64,000 nt of DNA from Eledone cirrhosa. Lineage: Eukaryota. Positions 28,776 through 42,525 of this stretch are shown piece by piece. The notes under the pieces were generated by a model. It worked only from the letters and a program-made list of their open reading frames with translations, did not search any database and was not told the origin of the DNA. The stretch is taken from contig OZ024756.1 in the NCBI GenBank assembly GCA_964016885.1, positions 30,938,001-31,002,000 of the forward strand. The letters are read 5' to 3'. The position numbers and the translations under genes are program-made. How positions within the stretch are numbered: position 1 is the stretch's first letter; each line of letters starts with the position of its first letter.

Positions 28776-28844
28776 GACTAGTAGATTAAAACTAGAGAAT
28801 AAAATTAAAAAGTAGATAATACAATGTTAATGTCTAATTCTTCT

Positions 28845-29030
28845 ACGTCTTCTTGCCCTTACTCAACGCGGCTGGGTTTATCCTAAGCCAGCGATCCCAA
28901 AGCATCGTCGTTCGTAGAGCTGACCATGTCCATCAGCGGTCTCCACCGCTGGCTGTCCCGTACCAGCTCCTCTGCATCATCCAAAGTGATGTCGAGCCTA
29001 TCCCTATGATGTGCGACTGTTTCCTCACCA
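28845..29030 (-). pseudogene. RTE-like LINE 3' fragment
   Basis: Reverse complement reads RDRLDITLDDAEELVRDSQRWRPLM, like the RTE C-terminal A.DR..WR motif. Confidence 0.5.
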
Positions 29031-29260
29031 TTTACATTAATCCAATTCTAACTATCCTTCTAATAAAAACAATATTTATGGTTTTGAAAATAATGTAGAA
29101 TGTAAATAAACTTTCACATTATAAAGCTGATATTTTTGTTTAGCTCCAGATACACTATAACCAAGCTGTCTGATGGCCATATACCTTCGAGATATGAACA
29201 AATTGCTTTTACTTTAGACATGAATTAGATACTATCTCCTTCGTAAGAAGTTAGAATATA

Positions 29261-29472
29261 CAGGGTGGGCCAGAATTCATGACTCACTTGTTTATTTATA
29301 GATCTATTAACAACAAATGTTATAAAACAACATGAACAAGATACGGTAAGCACACAAATGTACACATTATAAAATAAATAATACAATATTAAAACAATAC
29401 AATAACAATAAAATAAGTATGTTAAGAAATATAAGTAACAAGCGAGTCATGAATTCTGCCCCTCCCCCCTTG
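29261..29472. mobile_element. Tc1/mariner-type MITE
   Basis: TA-cagggtgggccagaattcatgactcacttgtt ... aacaagcgagtcatgaattctgccc..tg-TA. Confidence 0.75.
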
Positions 29473-29559
29473 TATTTTAAGGGAGGTGTCTTGGCTATTG
29501 TTTTGTGTAGATCAATGAATCACATATGACGGGGCGTTGAAAAGTTTCAGGCTTTGGGT

Positions 29560-29838
29560 AAAACAAAATACAGGAGAATCTATTAAAGGAAATGAGGATC
29601 AGTTTAAAAAATACCGGAAGATCAATTAAAAGAAAATACAGGTGGGATCAGTTAAAAGAAAATACAGGAGAATCAGTTAAAAGAAAATACAGCAGGATTA
29701 GTTAAAAGAAAATACAGGAGAATCAGTTAAAAGAAAATACAGGAGAATCAGTTAAAAGAAAATACAGGATAATCAGTTAAAAGAAAATACAGGAGGATTA
29801 GTTAAAAGATAATACAGGAGGATTAGTTAAAAGATAAT
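29560..29838. repeat. About 25-bp minisatellite
   Basis: Unit agttaaaagaaaatacaggagaatc, roughly ten degenerate-to-perfect copies. Confidence 0.85.
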
Positions 29839-30022
29839 TATTTCTACTTTTGGCACAAGGCCAGCAATTATCAAGTACATTACTGGTACTTTATTTTATC
29901 GACCCCGTAAGGATGAAAGGCAAAGTTAACCTCGGCGGAATTTGAACTCAGACCACAAAGAGCCGTAACTCTTTGCTGCAGAGCAAAGAGTTACGGCCCT
30001 GTATGGTCTGAGTTCAAATCCC
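29839..30022 (-). mobile_element. SINE family 1 with 5' inversion
   Basis: SINE body followed by fold-back gccgtaactctttgct/agcaaagagttacggc; flanked by agttaaaagataat. Confidence 0.8.
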
Positions 30023-30992
30023 AGTTAAAAGATAATAAAAGAAGATCAGTTAATTATGATTCTATTCGACATATTACATTCTCAGATTCACACAGGTATT
30101 CCAGCGGTCTAACCTCCCTCTAAATGTAACAGCTCTACTCTTTTGCAATAGCCTTAAAGCCAGTACCCCTCGTATAGCTTCTATCTTGGTTAATTGAACT
30201 TATTCGAAATATCTGTGGTATTTCGTCTACTATAAAACATCTGAAGCCTTGGCTATGTTATATCGATAAAAATCAATATCTGTTTTCAGCATTCACATTC
30301 AGATACTATTTTGAAACCGCCTGCCTCTCCTCGACAAAAATAAATAGTAGCGAAAACAAACATAACCTACCAACACATTCCTACCAAGATAAAGTATCAT
30401 CACCGGTGCGTAAGTGTGTAAGATACTGGGATGCCAGGATGCTGAGAAGCTGAATGGAAGGTAATACATTAAACAGATACCTAAATTTAGCATATACGCC
30501 CTCACACTGTCCAATGTATGCTATCGATCTAAAGGTATTGGCGAGCTGACAGAGAAGCTAATTAGCGAACGATTTAACTTCTTTTCTACCATTACAGAAC
30601 TTACAATTTCCAAACAGAAATTTAATTTGGTTTTCATACAAGACAAGATCTTCAAAGTCTCATAGAAAATATTCATGTTGAGAAGAAGAATGGGTAATTT
30701 CAGTTGAATTCTCTCTTCGATAAAATTGCTATTAGACTCGACTTTGTTTTGTAGAAGAACGTTTGTGTAAATATGTGTTATCAGAGGAAACTGGTATTGT
30801 TAAATACATACACACGCGAATGCACACCCATATTATCATAAACACCAACACATTCATACACACCCATATATATATATATATAGAAACACACCACACACAC
30901 CACACACATATAAATATTTGCTCTACGCGTTCACATATTTATACGGGATCGAGCCAGCCCTCTTTGGATTTTAGTCTTCACATTATTATTAT

Positions 30993-31072
<80 letters not shown>

Positions 31073-31180
31073 GGTGTGGGCGAGGTGTGTATGCACAAAT
31101 TTAAACTGGAATAACGAAGCAAATAACACATTACAGGGTAGAAATATATTACTTTAACACTTGATAGGGCAGGAAAAGAG

Positions 31181-31216
31181 TCTTGACATTTCGGACAATA
31201 GTCCTACATCAGAAGA
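31181..31216 (-). ncRNA. Ultra-minimal hammerhead-like motif
   Basis: Reverse complement reads tctt-CTGATGT-a-ggac tatt gtcc-GAAA-TGTC-aaga; degenerate relative at 6185-6220. Confidence 0.5.
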
Positions 31217-31373
31217 TAGAATGTGAACATAAAGATGAAATAGAAAGATAGAGAGTGAGAAGAGGAAGAGACAGAGAACAGGGTCTTGTGTGTTCAATCA
31301 GCCGTTTTGGAGAGAAAAAATGTATATATATGCATATATTATGCATATATTATGCATATATATATATATATAT

Positions 31374-31642
31374 CCCCCAGTTTCCAACAGAAATGGTCGC
31401 ATTCTTTAGGGGTATGTCAATATTTATTTATAAAACTGATCTATATTATATTTAATCTGATGAAGGCGCACCATAATTTGACTTGGTGTCATTGAAATAT
31501 GTATAATATAATAAATACGGTTTTATAAATATAGTTTCCATTTGTTAATATATCGTATTTTTGGTCCAATAATTTGTTGAGTGCTTTATATCAGTTATGA
31601 AAATGTTTGCTTGTTGTATCCCAACAAATTAAATTTAACTTC

Positions 31643-31645
<3 letters not shown>
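31374..31645 (+). mobile_element. Family D element with diverged hammerhead (31449-31513)
   Basis: CTGATGA..gcacca..tggtgt..GAAATATGTATA; flanks align to 5087-5358. Confidence 0.7.
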
Positions 31646-31711
<66 letters not shown>

Positions 31712-31751
31712 ATATATATATATGTATATATATGGGTGTGTTTGTGTGTGC

Positions 31752-31803
<52 letters not shown>

Positions 31804-31925
31804 GTGTGTGTATACGCGTTCATGCGTGTGTGTTCAATCATGTCACTTTGACGAATCAAAGAAAGGAGAAAAAAAAGAAAAACCGACCCTAAAATATATT
31901 TTCCGTGCTATTTCAAACTTCATCT

Positions 31926-32046
<121 letters not shown>

Positions 32047-32732
32047 CTATCTGTCTATGTATTCCTCCCAGTTAGGCGCACACCCTGTGTTCATATGTGT
32101 CTCTTTTTCGTTTTATATTTTAAGCCTGTTATATTCTCCTATACAAGCTAATTTAATCACTTACTTAGAATATGTAATTATGCTTACTACATCAGTCCTA
32201 CGTATTAAAGGAAAAGAAACAGAACTGAGCTATTTGCAACAACTTTTTTTTTCTCTACTTCGAAACGATGTTAAATCTAAATGTTCCCATGAGTACAGAT
32301 AACATCAAAAAGAGGAATGAAAATGGCCGACCATCATTCAACGACAGAAAAATCTCAACATTTACTGCTAGTTTTCGCTCTCATATATAATCGTTCCTGG
32401 CGTGGGACACAGCTGACAAAACCATTACTTTCTAATACTCACATTAATCTTAGAGATAATGTTTTTTTGTTTTTTTCGTGTTGTTGTGTTTTTTGTTTGT
32501 TTTATTTTTGTTTGTTTGTTTGTTTGTTTGTTTGTTTTTTTTTGTTTTTATTACTTTTCCATTTTATCTTTGGTTATTCTATTTAAAGCTTCACCAGTTT
32601 TACATTATGAAATCTGGTTAGAACTTAAACAGAAATAAATACATAAATAAAATAGAAATATTTAAAAACTAGCTCCCTAATGAGTGAGGAAAACAAAATT
32701 GGAAGCTAAGGAAAATACAATATAATAAATGC

Positions 32733-32885
32733 TTTCTGATTTAGGCACAAGGTCAACAATTTTTTGTGGGGAGGGGAAAGTCGACTAAATCAATGACTTT
32801 GCACTACTGGTATTTATTTATCGACCCCGTAAGGATGAAAGGCAAAGCTAACCTCGGTAGGATTTTAGCTCAGATCGTGAAGGGG
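32733..32885 (-). mobile_element. SINE family 1, partial
   Basis: tcgaccccgtaaggatgaaaggcaaag body. Confidence 0.75.
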
Positions 32886-33720
32886 CATAGTGTTCCACGC
32901 TCGACCTTAAGTGAGATACCCTCTTCTCAATTATGCGTTGGAAAAGGGCAGTTTGAGGACCGAGAACCTGAGGTGTCATGATAGAAATCGACACCCAAAG
33001 CATACACTTACTCAAAGCCCAGCAACTAATTATATTCTGTCCCCCTTCGTTAAGTGTAGTGGGCCCAGATTTTGGAATTGAAACGAATAAAAGGCATTAG
33101 AATAATGCGAATACAAAGTATAAACGAGTTTTTATGTACCTAAACTTCTAAGTGTGTGTGTGTGGATGTGTGTGTGTGTGTGATTGTCTGTGGGTCAGCA
33201 TGTATGTGTAGAGAGAAATAAAGTACTTGTTATGTATGCAGTCGTCTATATATATATACATACGTGTCTATTACGAATGTGTGTAGAATTAATGGAATAG
33301 AGTCATAATTACAAATGCCTCTCTATTTTCTGTATTTCTGTATAAAACACACACAGACACGCACACACACGCACGCATATCTCTCTCTCTATATATATAT
33401 ATATATGCATGTATGTATATTTATGGATGTGTGTATGTGTACATAAAAAATACATTTGCTAATAATATATGATATAATTCTATGTGCGAAACCACGCCTC
33501 CATCTTGTTCTTCTATCATCACCCAATTAGATTGGAGTCGTAATAAAGAGTCGTAAATAATGTGGAATCGATTCTTGTCTCATTTATCAGATATATTCTT
33601 TGAACATTTTTACTTTGTTCCTCTATATTTTTTAGGCTTTATTCATTCCTCTCGCATCATATTTTTTTTTGTGGGGTGGAATTTTCGAAACTTTTCGTCT
33701 AGTAATCTATAAGATGATTT

Positions 33721-33831
<111 letters not shown>

Positions 33832-34116
33832 ATATATTTATAAAGGTATATATGTATATATATATATATACATATATATATATACACATATATATATACA
33901 TATATATATGCCCGAAACGTCGTTCCCCACAACCACCCCACTCTCAAGAGCGTGAAACTAATAAACCTTTGTTCGTACTGCCTCTCTGTTTTGTTCCCGT
34001 TCAATTTTTTACTATACATATATATATATATATATGTATATATGTATATATATGTATATATATATATATGTATGTATATATACATATATATATGTATATA
34101 CGAATATATATATGTA

Positions 34117-34168
<52 letters not shown>

Positions 34169-34208
34169 TACAAACATACAATCATCTTACAAATTACTAG
34201 ACTAAACG

Positions 34209-34254
<46 letters not shown>

Positions 34255-35820
34255 AAATATTTGATTTTTATAAATTTACTTACTTTAGGTTAATATACAG
34301 AATGTGTAAATGTGTATAATCCTCATATAATACATAATTATTCTTTTGGTTAACTGTCTTTTAATATTTACTATATATATATATATATATATATGCTTGT
34401 CTTTACACATATACATATATACATACATGTATACATGTGTGTCTGTATGTGTGTACATATATGTAAACTCACTCACACACACATTGATATACGTGTGTGT
34501 ATATTCGTGATTTTTTTCTTACCTCATTCATTATCTCTTTTTGTGCTTAATATATTTTCGTTTGATATTTTCCAATTTTGTATAACCCATTATCCCCCCC
34601 CCCCCCCCCGCCACCATCCCACCCCGCCCCACGTCTTTTTCTTTTCTCAATTCGTAACTTATTATTCTTGTCTATAATATTTCTGTAATATATACTTATA
34701 TTTCTGTATTTTTTAAAATCATTTCCACATCCATCATTATTTTGTCTGCAATTTTCTGGATTTTTACTTCTTCTTTTACTTATCACTACTCTATTCGTGT
34801 AATAATTTCTTTTCTGCATTTTAATTGTTCATTATTGCCTTATCATTAAATTGAATTTCTTCATAAACTAGTGAAGTAGCGTTGCCTAATGTGTACCTTG
34901 TTTCATTTGCGCTCATAAGCACTTAGATTCATGTCTCAGATCGGGTAACTCATTGTGTTTTTGAGTAAGGTACTTCACTTATCATAATAGGACTAAAACA
35001 TCCTATCATTAAAGTACTAACAAAACCTCCTATGTGTCGTAACTTTGTAGAATACCAGTTAAAGTTACATAGGAACGAGCTGAAGGTTTAATATCTGTTC
35101 GTCTTCTTATACTAAAAGTTAAGGGCGCACGTCTAGTCTTGTGAGTAAAGAAATTGTTTTGTACGATCGAATGATTGCAGTAATTTGGACAACTGGCTAA
35201 TGCTGCACTCTTTTATTGGATGATAAAATCTGGGGGAAATATAACGGTTTATAAACAGGGGGAAGCCTTTGATAAACACACATTCACAAACAGCCAGACA
35301 CACATATGCACACACCCACACAAACATGCACACACAAATACAAACATATATATATATACACAGACATATATATGTATACAGACATATATATGTATAAATA
35401 TATCTATATTTATATAAATATATACGAAGAGAGGTTTTGGGAAGGCTAGCTCTTTGAATTACGGGTACAGTTCCTCTGATTTACGCACAAACCCGCTCCG
35501 AGTATTCAAGTGCCAATTATATGTGTTATCGTCTAAGATGTCCTGCACTGGATTCGAAACCGGGCCCTCATGTTTTTGAAGTAAGTTCTTTAACTATTTT
35601 TCTTCGGTGCATTGTTCATGTCATACACAGAGAATACAATATACATGCTGTCGCGTTGTTTATCTTTTCAAAACAGGTGCAGCCTAATGTTGACATTTGG
35701 TGAAATCTGAAGCAGATTTGTTTGCAATTTGCAGCGGCTGGGAGTGACCACTGCTTACAGGCAACTTTTTTGTGTATCTAGAATACCTAGAGCACGTCTG
35801 TGTGTATATATATGTATATT

Positions 35821-35893
<73 letters not shown>

Positions 35894-35932
35894 ATATGTA
35901 TGCATACATATATTTTTTTTTATACATATATT

Positions 35933-35973
<41 letters not shown>

Positions 35974-36462
35974 GAGTGTGTATTTTTATTACATGTGTGT
36001 GGGCGTGTATGTATGCGTATGTGTGTGTTTATTGCTAAAGTAAAGTAAATACCCGCTAGTGCAGTAAGTACAAAAACACTATGAGGCTAACACGTTAATA
36101 TTAATTAATCAAGACTACAGCTATATCTAGGAGGGGTAAACACTGTTGAACAATTATAGGCTCAACCAAACAAACAGAAATAGCGACAACCAAAAATAAA
36201 ATACACACACACATACACACAATCAAACACACACACATGCTCATAGACACACACAGACACACACGTACACATGGGCACATAGCCACGCACATATACACGC
36301 ATACACACAACATAAAGCACTGTTGAACAATGATTAACAAATAGAAATAGCGACAACCCAAAATGAAACGTATGCATACTCACACACAATCAAACACACA
36401 CACACGCTCACACACACACGCTCACACACACACGCTCACACACACACGCCCCCCCCCCCCAG

Positions 36463-36517
<55 letters not shown>

Positions 36518-37484
36518 TATCCACGCACATATTATCACATACACACAACACAAAAAAAATGTAGAAATACAGAAAATAAAATTATTTTTGATATAGGGAT
36601 TGCCGTACCGATGTCCGATTTAATTGAAACGTGGAGAAATATTGAAATCGGTTAGAGGAATAATTACCTAACCACTACTTCTTCATGTTTATTTGTAATT
36701 AACTGCCGTGGTTATCATAGGAAAACCTAAGATGTATTTGCTACAAGGGCAACTAACATTCATTCTTTAATCTAATTAACTGTGTTTTGTAATTACATTA
36801 GCGTAGGGCTTTCGACAAGCAAAAAAGCAAAAACATAAAGGCAAACACCAACTGGATGATTAGTACTATATGTTTGTAGGAAACATACAATCTAGTTAAA
36901 AAAGGTAACGACACTAAAATTGGAAAGGAATGCAATGGATCTCAGGCGTTATCGACGTATACCAGTTGTTTATTCAATGTAAAAACAATATCCACCATTT
37001 ACAGCACCACCCCTAGATTAACATGCAAGAGACAGAGCATTGCGCAGACAATTGTACCATTGGTGTAATTCTCAGGAAGATACATCATGACGCATTTTGA
37101 ATCACGGGTGGGATAAAATACTTTACAGCTTTCATTACGGCCTCTCTGCGCTCTACTCCCACCAAGACTAACATTGCATTTCATTCTGTCAGAGTCAATA
37201 AATAACTTACCAGTTCCGTACTGGGTCCTGATCCTTCTCGCTTCTTTTTTTTTCCTTCTCTGTCCTTCTGCTGTCGTCAAACGTGGAGACAGATGATCCC
37301 CACCGCGTTTAACACTACACCAGACACGCTGTATGTCAGGACGGCACTCCCCGATTCCCATAGAAATTAAGTGATCAGTGATATAACCGAAATGAGATCT
37401 ATGATCTGTAACGCCGAAGTGAAAACGCAAATTCTAGGATGAGTGGAAGCTAATGGACATCGGTGTATCGGTGGTTATGAATAA

Positions 37485-37679
37485 TAGTTTCTTATTTATG
37501 CATAAGGGCGGCAATCAATTTTAGGGAGGCGAAAGTTGATTAAATCAACCTCAGTGTATTACTGGTACTTTATTTTATCGAACCGTAAGGATGAAAGACA
37601 AAGTTAACCTCGGCGGGATTTGAACTCAGATCATAAAGCATTACGTCCGACTCTCTACCGATACTGCCAATACACCGCC
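37485..37679 (-). mobile_element. SINE family 1
   Basis: Reverse-complement A/B boxes and body. Confidence 0.8.
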
Positions 37680-38640
37680 TTGGTGGTTATGTATAATAAG
37701 AACTTAAACGTGCAATAACTTTGGTTGAAATACGAATAAAGAAAAAAATATCGTAGGTTTCATCTGGACATACTCTTCGCCAGAGAACAATATTTTCATT
37801 TTGTTACCAAATACATAGATTGAGAGGAGAGAAAGAGATATGGGCAAACAGACAGACAGGAAGATAGACAGACAGAGAGGAGGGTAAAGAGCAAGATAGA
37901 CAAAACTTTCAAGAAGACTTTGTATTTATGAAAGAGTTCAGAGAAGTTCGATAGCCGCAAGGATGGAAGATATTTAAATTTTAGTTCATTTTTGCCTTCG
38001 TCTGAGTATGAGGTGTGTGTGGGGGGGGGGGGGGGAAGAAGCAGAGATTAGAAGAAAGGAAAGCAAGTACGAGGAAAAGGAGGAAGAGAATTTGGGAGAA
38101 GAGAGAGATGGGTGGAGGAGACAAGAAAGTCGAGTTAACACAAATTTTTCGATATTTCTTCCTCTTTACACTCAGCGGTAATGGTGAGACAGAGGACTTA
38201 TCAACAACACGATAACCACCACTAATAGCACCAACAATAAGGTTATTAACATCGTACTAACCACCAACAACATCGAGAACGCCATTACCAATACTACCAC
38301 AATCACCAGCAACAATATCAACAACAACAACAACAACAATAAAAACAACGCAGCAGCAATAATAAAAACAACGAGAGTAAAAGCGACATGTGTGTTTTTA
38401 TTGGTTTGCGTATGAGGGAAACTTTTCTTTATATATGTATATCTATGAACGTTTATGTGTTTATGTATGTCTACATACGTGAATATCCATATGCGTGTCT
38501 GTGCTTGCGTCAACTAGTGGAGGTCTGTATATATAATATAAACATATACATATATGTATATATATATATATATACTGTATATATATTGGGAGAGGAAATG
38601 GTGTATATATATATTATCAAATGATTCTATGGACATACTT

Positions 38641-38673
<33 letters not shown>

Positions 38674-38677
<4 letters not shown>

Positions 38678-38863
38678 AACAAGTAAGACCCCGACGGCTG
38701 AGCTCAAGCCGTTTCGACGGCTAATTCAGTCCAGAATTAGCCGTCGAAACGGCTTGAGCTCAGCCGTCGGGGTCTTACTTGCTCCTATTACCCACTCTAC
38801 TACCCTAAGTATTGAGTACATTGGTGCGTTATGGTCCACCTGGTTCCTTACCACATTTCCTTC

Positions 38864-38866
<3 letters not shown>
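38674..38866 (+). mobile_element. Family A fold-back element
   Basis: Near-perfect hairpin head of about 54 bp around loop agtcca, plus shared tail. Confidence 0.85.
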
Positions 38867-38902
<36 letters not shown>

Positions 38903-38937
38903 ATAGCAAACCATGTCAACCTTCTTTCCTGATTTAT

Positions 38938-38991
<54 letters not shown>

Positions 38992-39556
38992 TATGTGTAT
39001 ATATATATATATGTGTATATATATATATATGTATATATATGTATATAATTAAAAAACCGACTTAAAAACACATAATTATATATATATATATATTTGTGTG
39101 TATATATATATATTCGTTTGTGTGTATATGTGCATATGCAAATGTCTGTGTATACATGTGTATGTATATCTGCCTATGCGTGCGTCTCTACGTATGTATG
39201 CATGTATGTAATATATGTGTGTGTATGTATTTTATATATGGTATTTGTGTGTATGGCACTGTATGGGTGTGTGTGTATAGTACTTATCGATTTGCATAAT
39301 TGCGATGTATTATAAATTCATTTGAAAACAAAATGGCGTCTATTCGATATTTGCAGCGAAAAAATTTAAAAATCAAAAAATATAATAAACAGATTGAAGC
39401 AGAAGCAATGAACAAAAAATAGAAATCTATTAAATATGTATAAAAGTGTTCTCAATGACCTTGTACTTCTATGTAGATAGCTATGAGATATATACTAAAT
39501 GTGTTTTTAGGTAATCACACGGTCAAGGTCATATATTAACGGATAAAGAGGTACAC

Positions 39557-39650
<94 letters not shown>

Positions 39651-39651
39651 C

Positions 39652-40102
39652 TGCCTAAGCAAAGCTGGACTCGAAAGTCATCTTCGCAGTCATAAAGTAA
39701 GACCAGTGGTTGACTACCAGGCTGCTGTTGGAGGTGCTACTCATCATGCTTGCCAAGCATGTGGTAGAGAATGTAAATCAGCGGGAGGGCTCAAACGACA
39801 TGCAAATGTACATAAACTCCAACCACAGCCGGCTATTCCCAGAGAATGTTTTGGTTGCCGACTCTGTGCAAGACATTTTAGATCATTGGCTGAGCTAAAA
39901 AGCCACATTCGATCGCAGCGCTGCTATTTGCTATGGTGTATAGATACGTTTATGTGTGTGCGTGTGTGTGTATATATATATATATATGTATATTATTATT
40001 GTTGTTATTATTATTATTATTGTTAATAATATATATGTATATATATATAATTTTTTTTTCTCGTGTAATGGCCATACTCGATAACGAGGGGCCAGCCATC
40101 AT
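39652..40102 (+). pseudogene. RTE-like LINE 3' end with C2H2-like fingers and tail
   Basis: [55 protein letters not shown]; tail hairpin ctcg-ataa-cgag at about 40077-40088. Confidence 0.6.
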
Positions 40103-40103
40103 A

Positions 40104-40142
<39 letters not shown>

Positions 40143-40353
40143 CTTAGAGTTTAGACTCAAAGAGGTCATTTACAATCATTTCAGCCCTAGGAAACGCTTC
40201 TGAGCAGTATAAATTAATATTTGATGAACATTTACATGTTTTAGTTGCAATTGACTAATAAGATCGCTAGAGTGAAAAATCTTAATTCAACAACATAAGG
40301 TCTGCCTGTACGATCTAGAAAATAATAAATCAATACTCACAGACTCATATGGA

Positions 40354-41035
40354 CAAAAAATTTGACATCATTTCGCAGGCCAATAATTTTGGCAATTCTT
40401 GTTGAAATAACCTCAAATTTTGACAGAATGTATAGAAACAGATCAAGATTTTATATTTAATGTTTTATATTTTTCTCTTTTCAGGTTGAGAAATACCGTT
40501 CACTTCAAAAGAAAAGTCATTTTGCTTCTTGGAATATGACTTCAATGCAAAATTTCGAAAATAATTCACCAACTGGCTATCAAATTTGGACCTGGTACCA
40601 AAAATTTAAAGTGGAAGGCTGCTTATGCCAGGCTAAAGGATCTGGAAGACCATCATCAACATCAGAAGAGAGGGTCGAGCAAGTTCGTGAAAAACTCTTG
40701 CGAAGCCCCAAGAAGTCCGTAATGACAACAAGTTTGGAAACCCAGATTCCTCGAATGAGGATACTGTTTGCCAGTAGGGGACTTTTTTCCAAATCTTGCA
40801 TTGAAGGCAGGCTGCACAGTCTTGGGTGACTGTGTTCGAGCATATTCCAAGACGCAAAATGAATTTTCTTTGGGAGTGAACGGCATTTCTCAACCTGAAA
40901 AGAAAAAAATATAAAACATTAAATATAAAATCTTGATCTGTTTTTATACATTCTGTGAAAATTTTAGGTTATTTCAACAGGAATTGCCAAAATTATTGGC
41001 CTGCGAAATGATGTCAAATTTGTTGGGACACCCTG
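40354..41035. mobile_element. Tc1/mariner fold-back derivative made of two inverted 5' ends
   Basis: Right end TA-CAGGGTGTCCCAAC (reverse complement); both strands encode the same N-terminal HTH region (MPFTPKENSFCVLEYARTQS; KGSGRP..RSPKKS). Confidence 0.8.
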
Positions 41036-41267
41036 TATATATATATATATATATAGGTATACCATGTAATCGACCACATTACTACATGACCGACGCTATA
41101 TAACTATGTTATGTACTGTTTCGGACATACATACATTACATATATATTTATATATATATACTGTATATATATATATATATATATTTATTTATTAAAACAA
41201 CAGATTAAAGTTTAAGCAAAGAACCGGTGCTTTCACCCTTAACGGGATCTCTTTGGATAGTCTCCAA

Positions 41268-41316
<49 letters not shown>

Positions 41317-41401
41317 GTCTGACAAGAAGAAGGATGTCATGTCTGAAATACATCTCAGACAAGCACCATATTACCTGTAAAGCTCTAAGAAAGAATTACA
41401 G

Positions 41402-41435
<34 letters not shown>

Positions 41436-41639
41436 GTATATATATATGTATATATATATATATATGAGGGAGTGAGTAAAAAAGGTACTAAATGAGGGAG
41501 TGACAGAGAAACTAGGTGAGTATCTGGCTAAAGAATAAGATGATACACCTATTGTTGTCTCATAAAGTGGGTGTGTGCGTTGATATCCTCTCTCTTTCAC
41601 TCATTGCCTCCGTCTCTCTCGCTCTCCCCATCTCTCACT

Positions 41640-41850
41640 ATTGTAAAAAAATGGGAGCCGACGCGATGTAGCCCCGCGGTCCCGCCGGATAGAATAGTGA
41701 AGGCGTTTCCACGGAGGATGATGAAGAAGACGCGTTGGAAGAGCCAATCAATCTTGCGAGGCTCACGCATGCGTGTAGCCGTCTCCGTGTCGATGGTGGT
41801 GAATAAGGAGGTGGTACTATGGCGAAGGACAGCAGAAGTCTCTATGTAAA
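41640..41850 (-). pseudogene. CRE-like retrotransposon 3' fragment
   Basis: IETSAVL..REPRKIDWLFQRVFFIILRGNAFTIL. Confidence 0.65.
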
Positions 41851-42261
41851 GTATGTTTGATTTAGAGTGAGTGATAGAAGAAGATTTTCGGTGGTGGAAT
41901 AATAAAATAACACGATTGAAAGGTGCCGAAGAATCAATAACAGAACAACAAGATTTTAACAATTTGTGTGGCAGATCTATTAGACTATTTAATTCTCAAC
42001 CACTATTGATTAAAATCGAAGAGATAATTAATTTAACTAAACTATGAATAAATACAAGTTTAATTACCTAAAAGAAATGTGGCTATCATCGTAATTTGTG
42101 TAACCTGAATCTATAAATTAAACAATAATAAGCGGGATTGGGAGAAATTTGTTGGTTGGAGGAGGGATGTGTTTCTTGATAAAACTTATTCTAGTTTACA
42201 CATTTGGATTATACCGTCTATTATAGGTTGTTAGATGTCTGTAAGTTCTGACAACAAATGT

Positions 42262-42525
42262 TCTGGTTGATTCAATCAGTAGAACAACTTACTCATAAAA
42301 TTAATTTTCAAGTGGTTAAACATTCGATAGGCAAATGTATCTTTAACGTAGTTCTAAGTAAGATCCACCGTGTAACAGTGTGTGACAAGGATAGCCTCTA
42401 GAGTTATAAGTTGATCGGCCTGGAATGATATGGAATAAAGGGTCTTGCTGAAGGACACAATGCTCCACTCGATCTGGCAAAACTTACCACATTACGATCG
42501 TTAGCCAAACACATTAACCATTAAT
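42262..42525 (-). mobile_element. Degenerate SINE family 3
   Basis: Similar to 19975-20240. Confidence 0.5.

Noticed and set aside
29560-29838. CRISPR-like regular repeat
   Set aside because: Contiguous units with no unique spacers, no cas genes, and eukaryotic context
36999-37430. 143-aa complex-looking ORF
   Set aside because: Runs through a degenerate SINE-1 copy and has no recognisable domain
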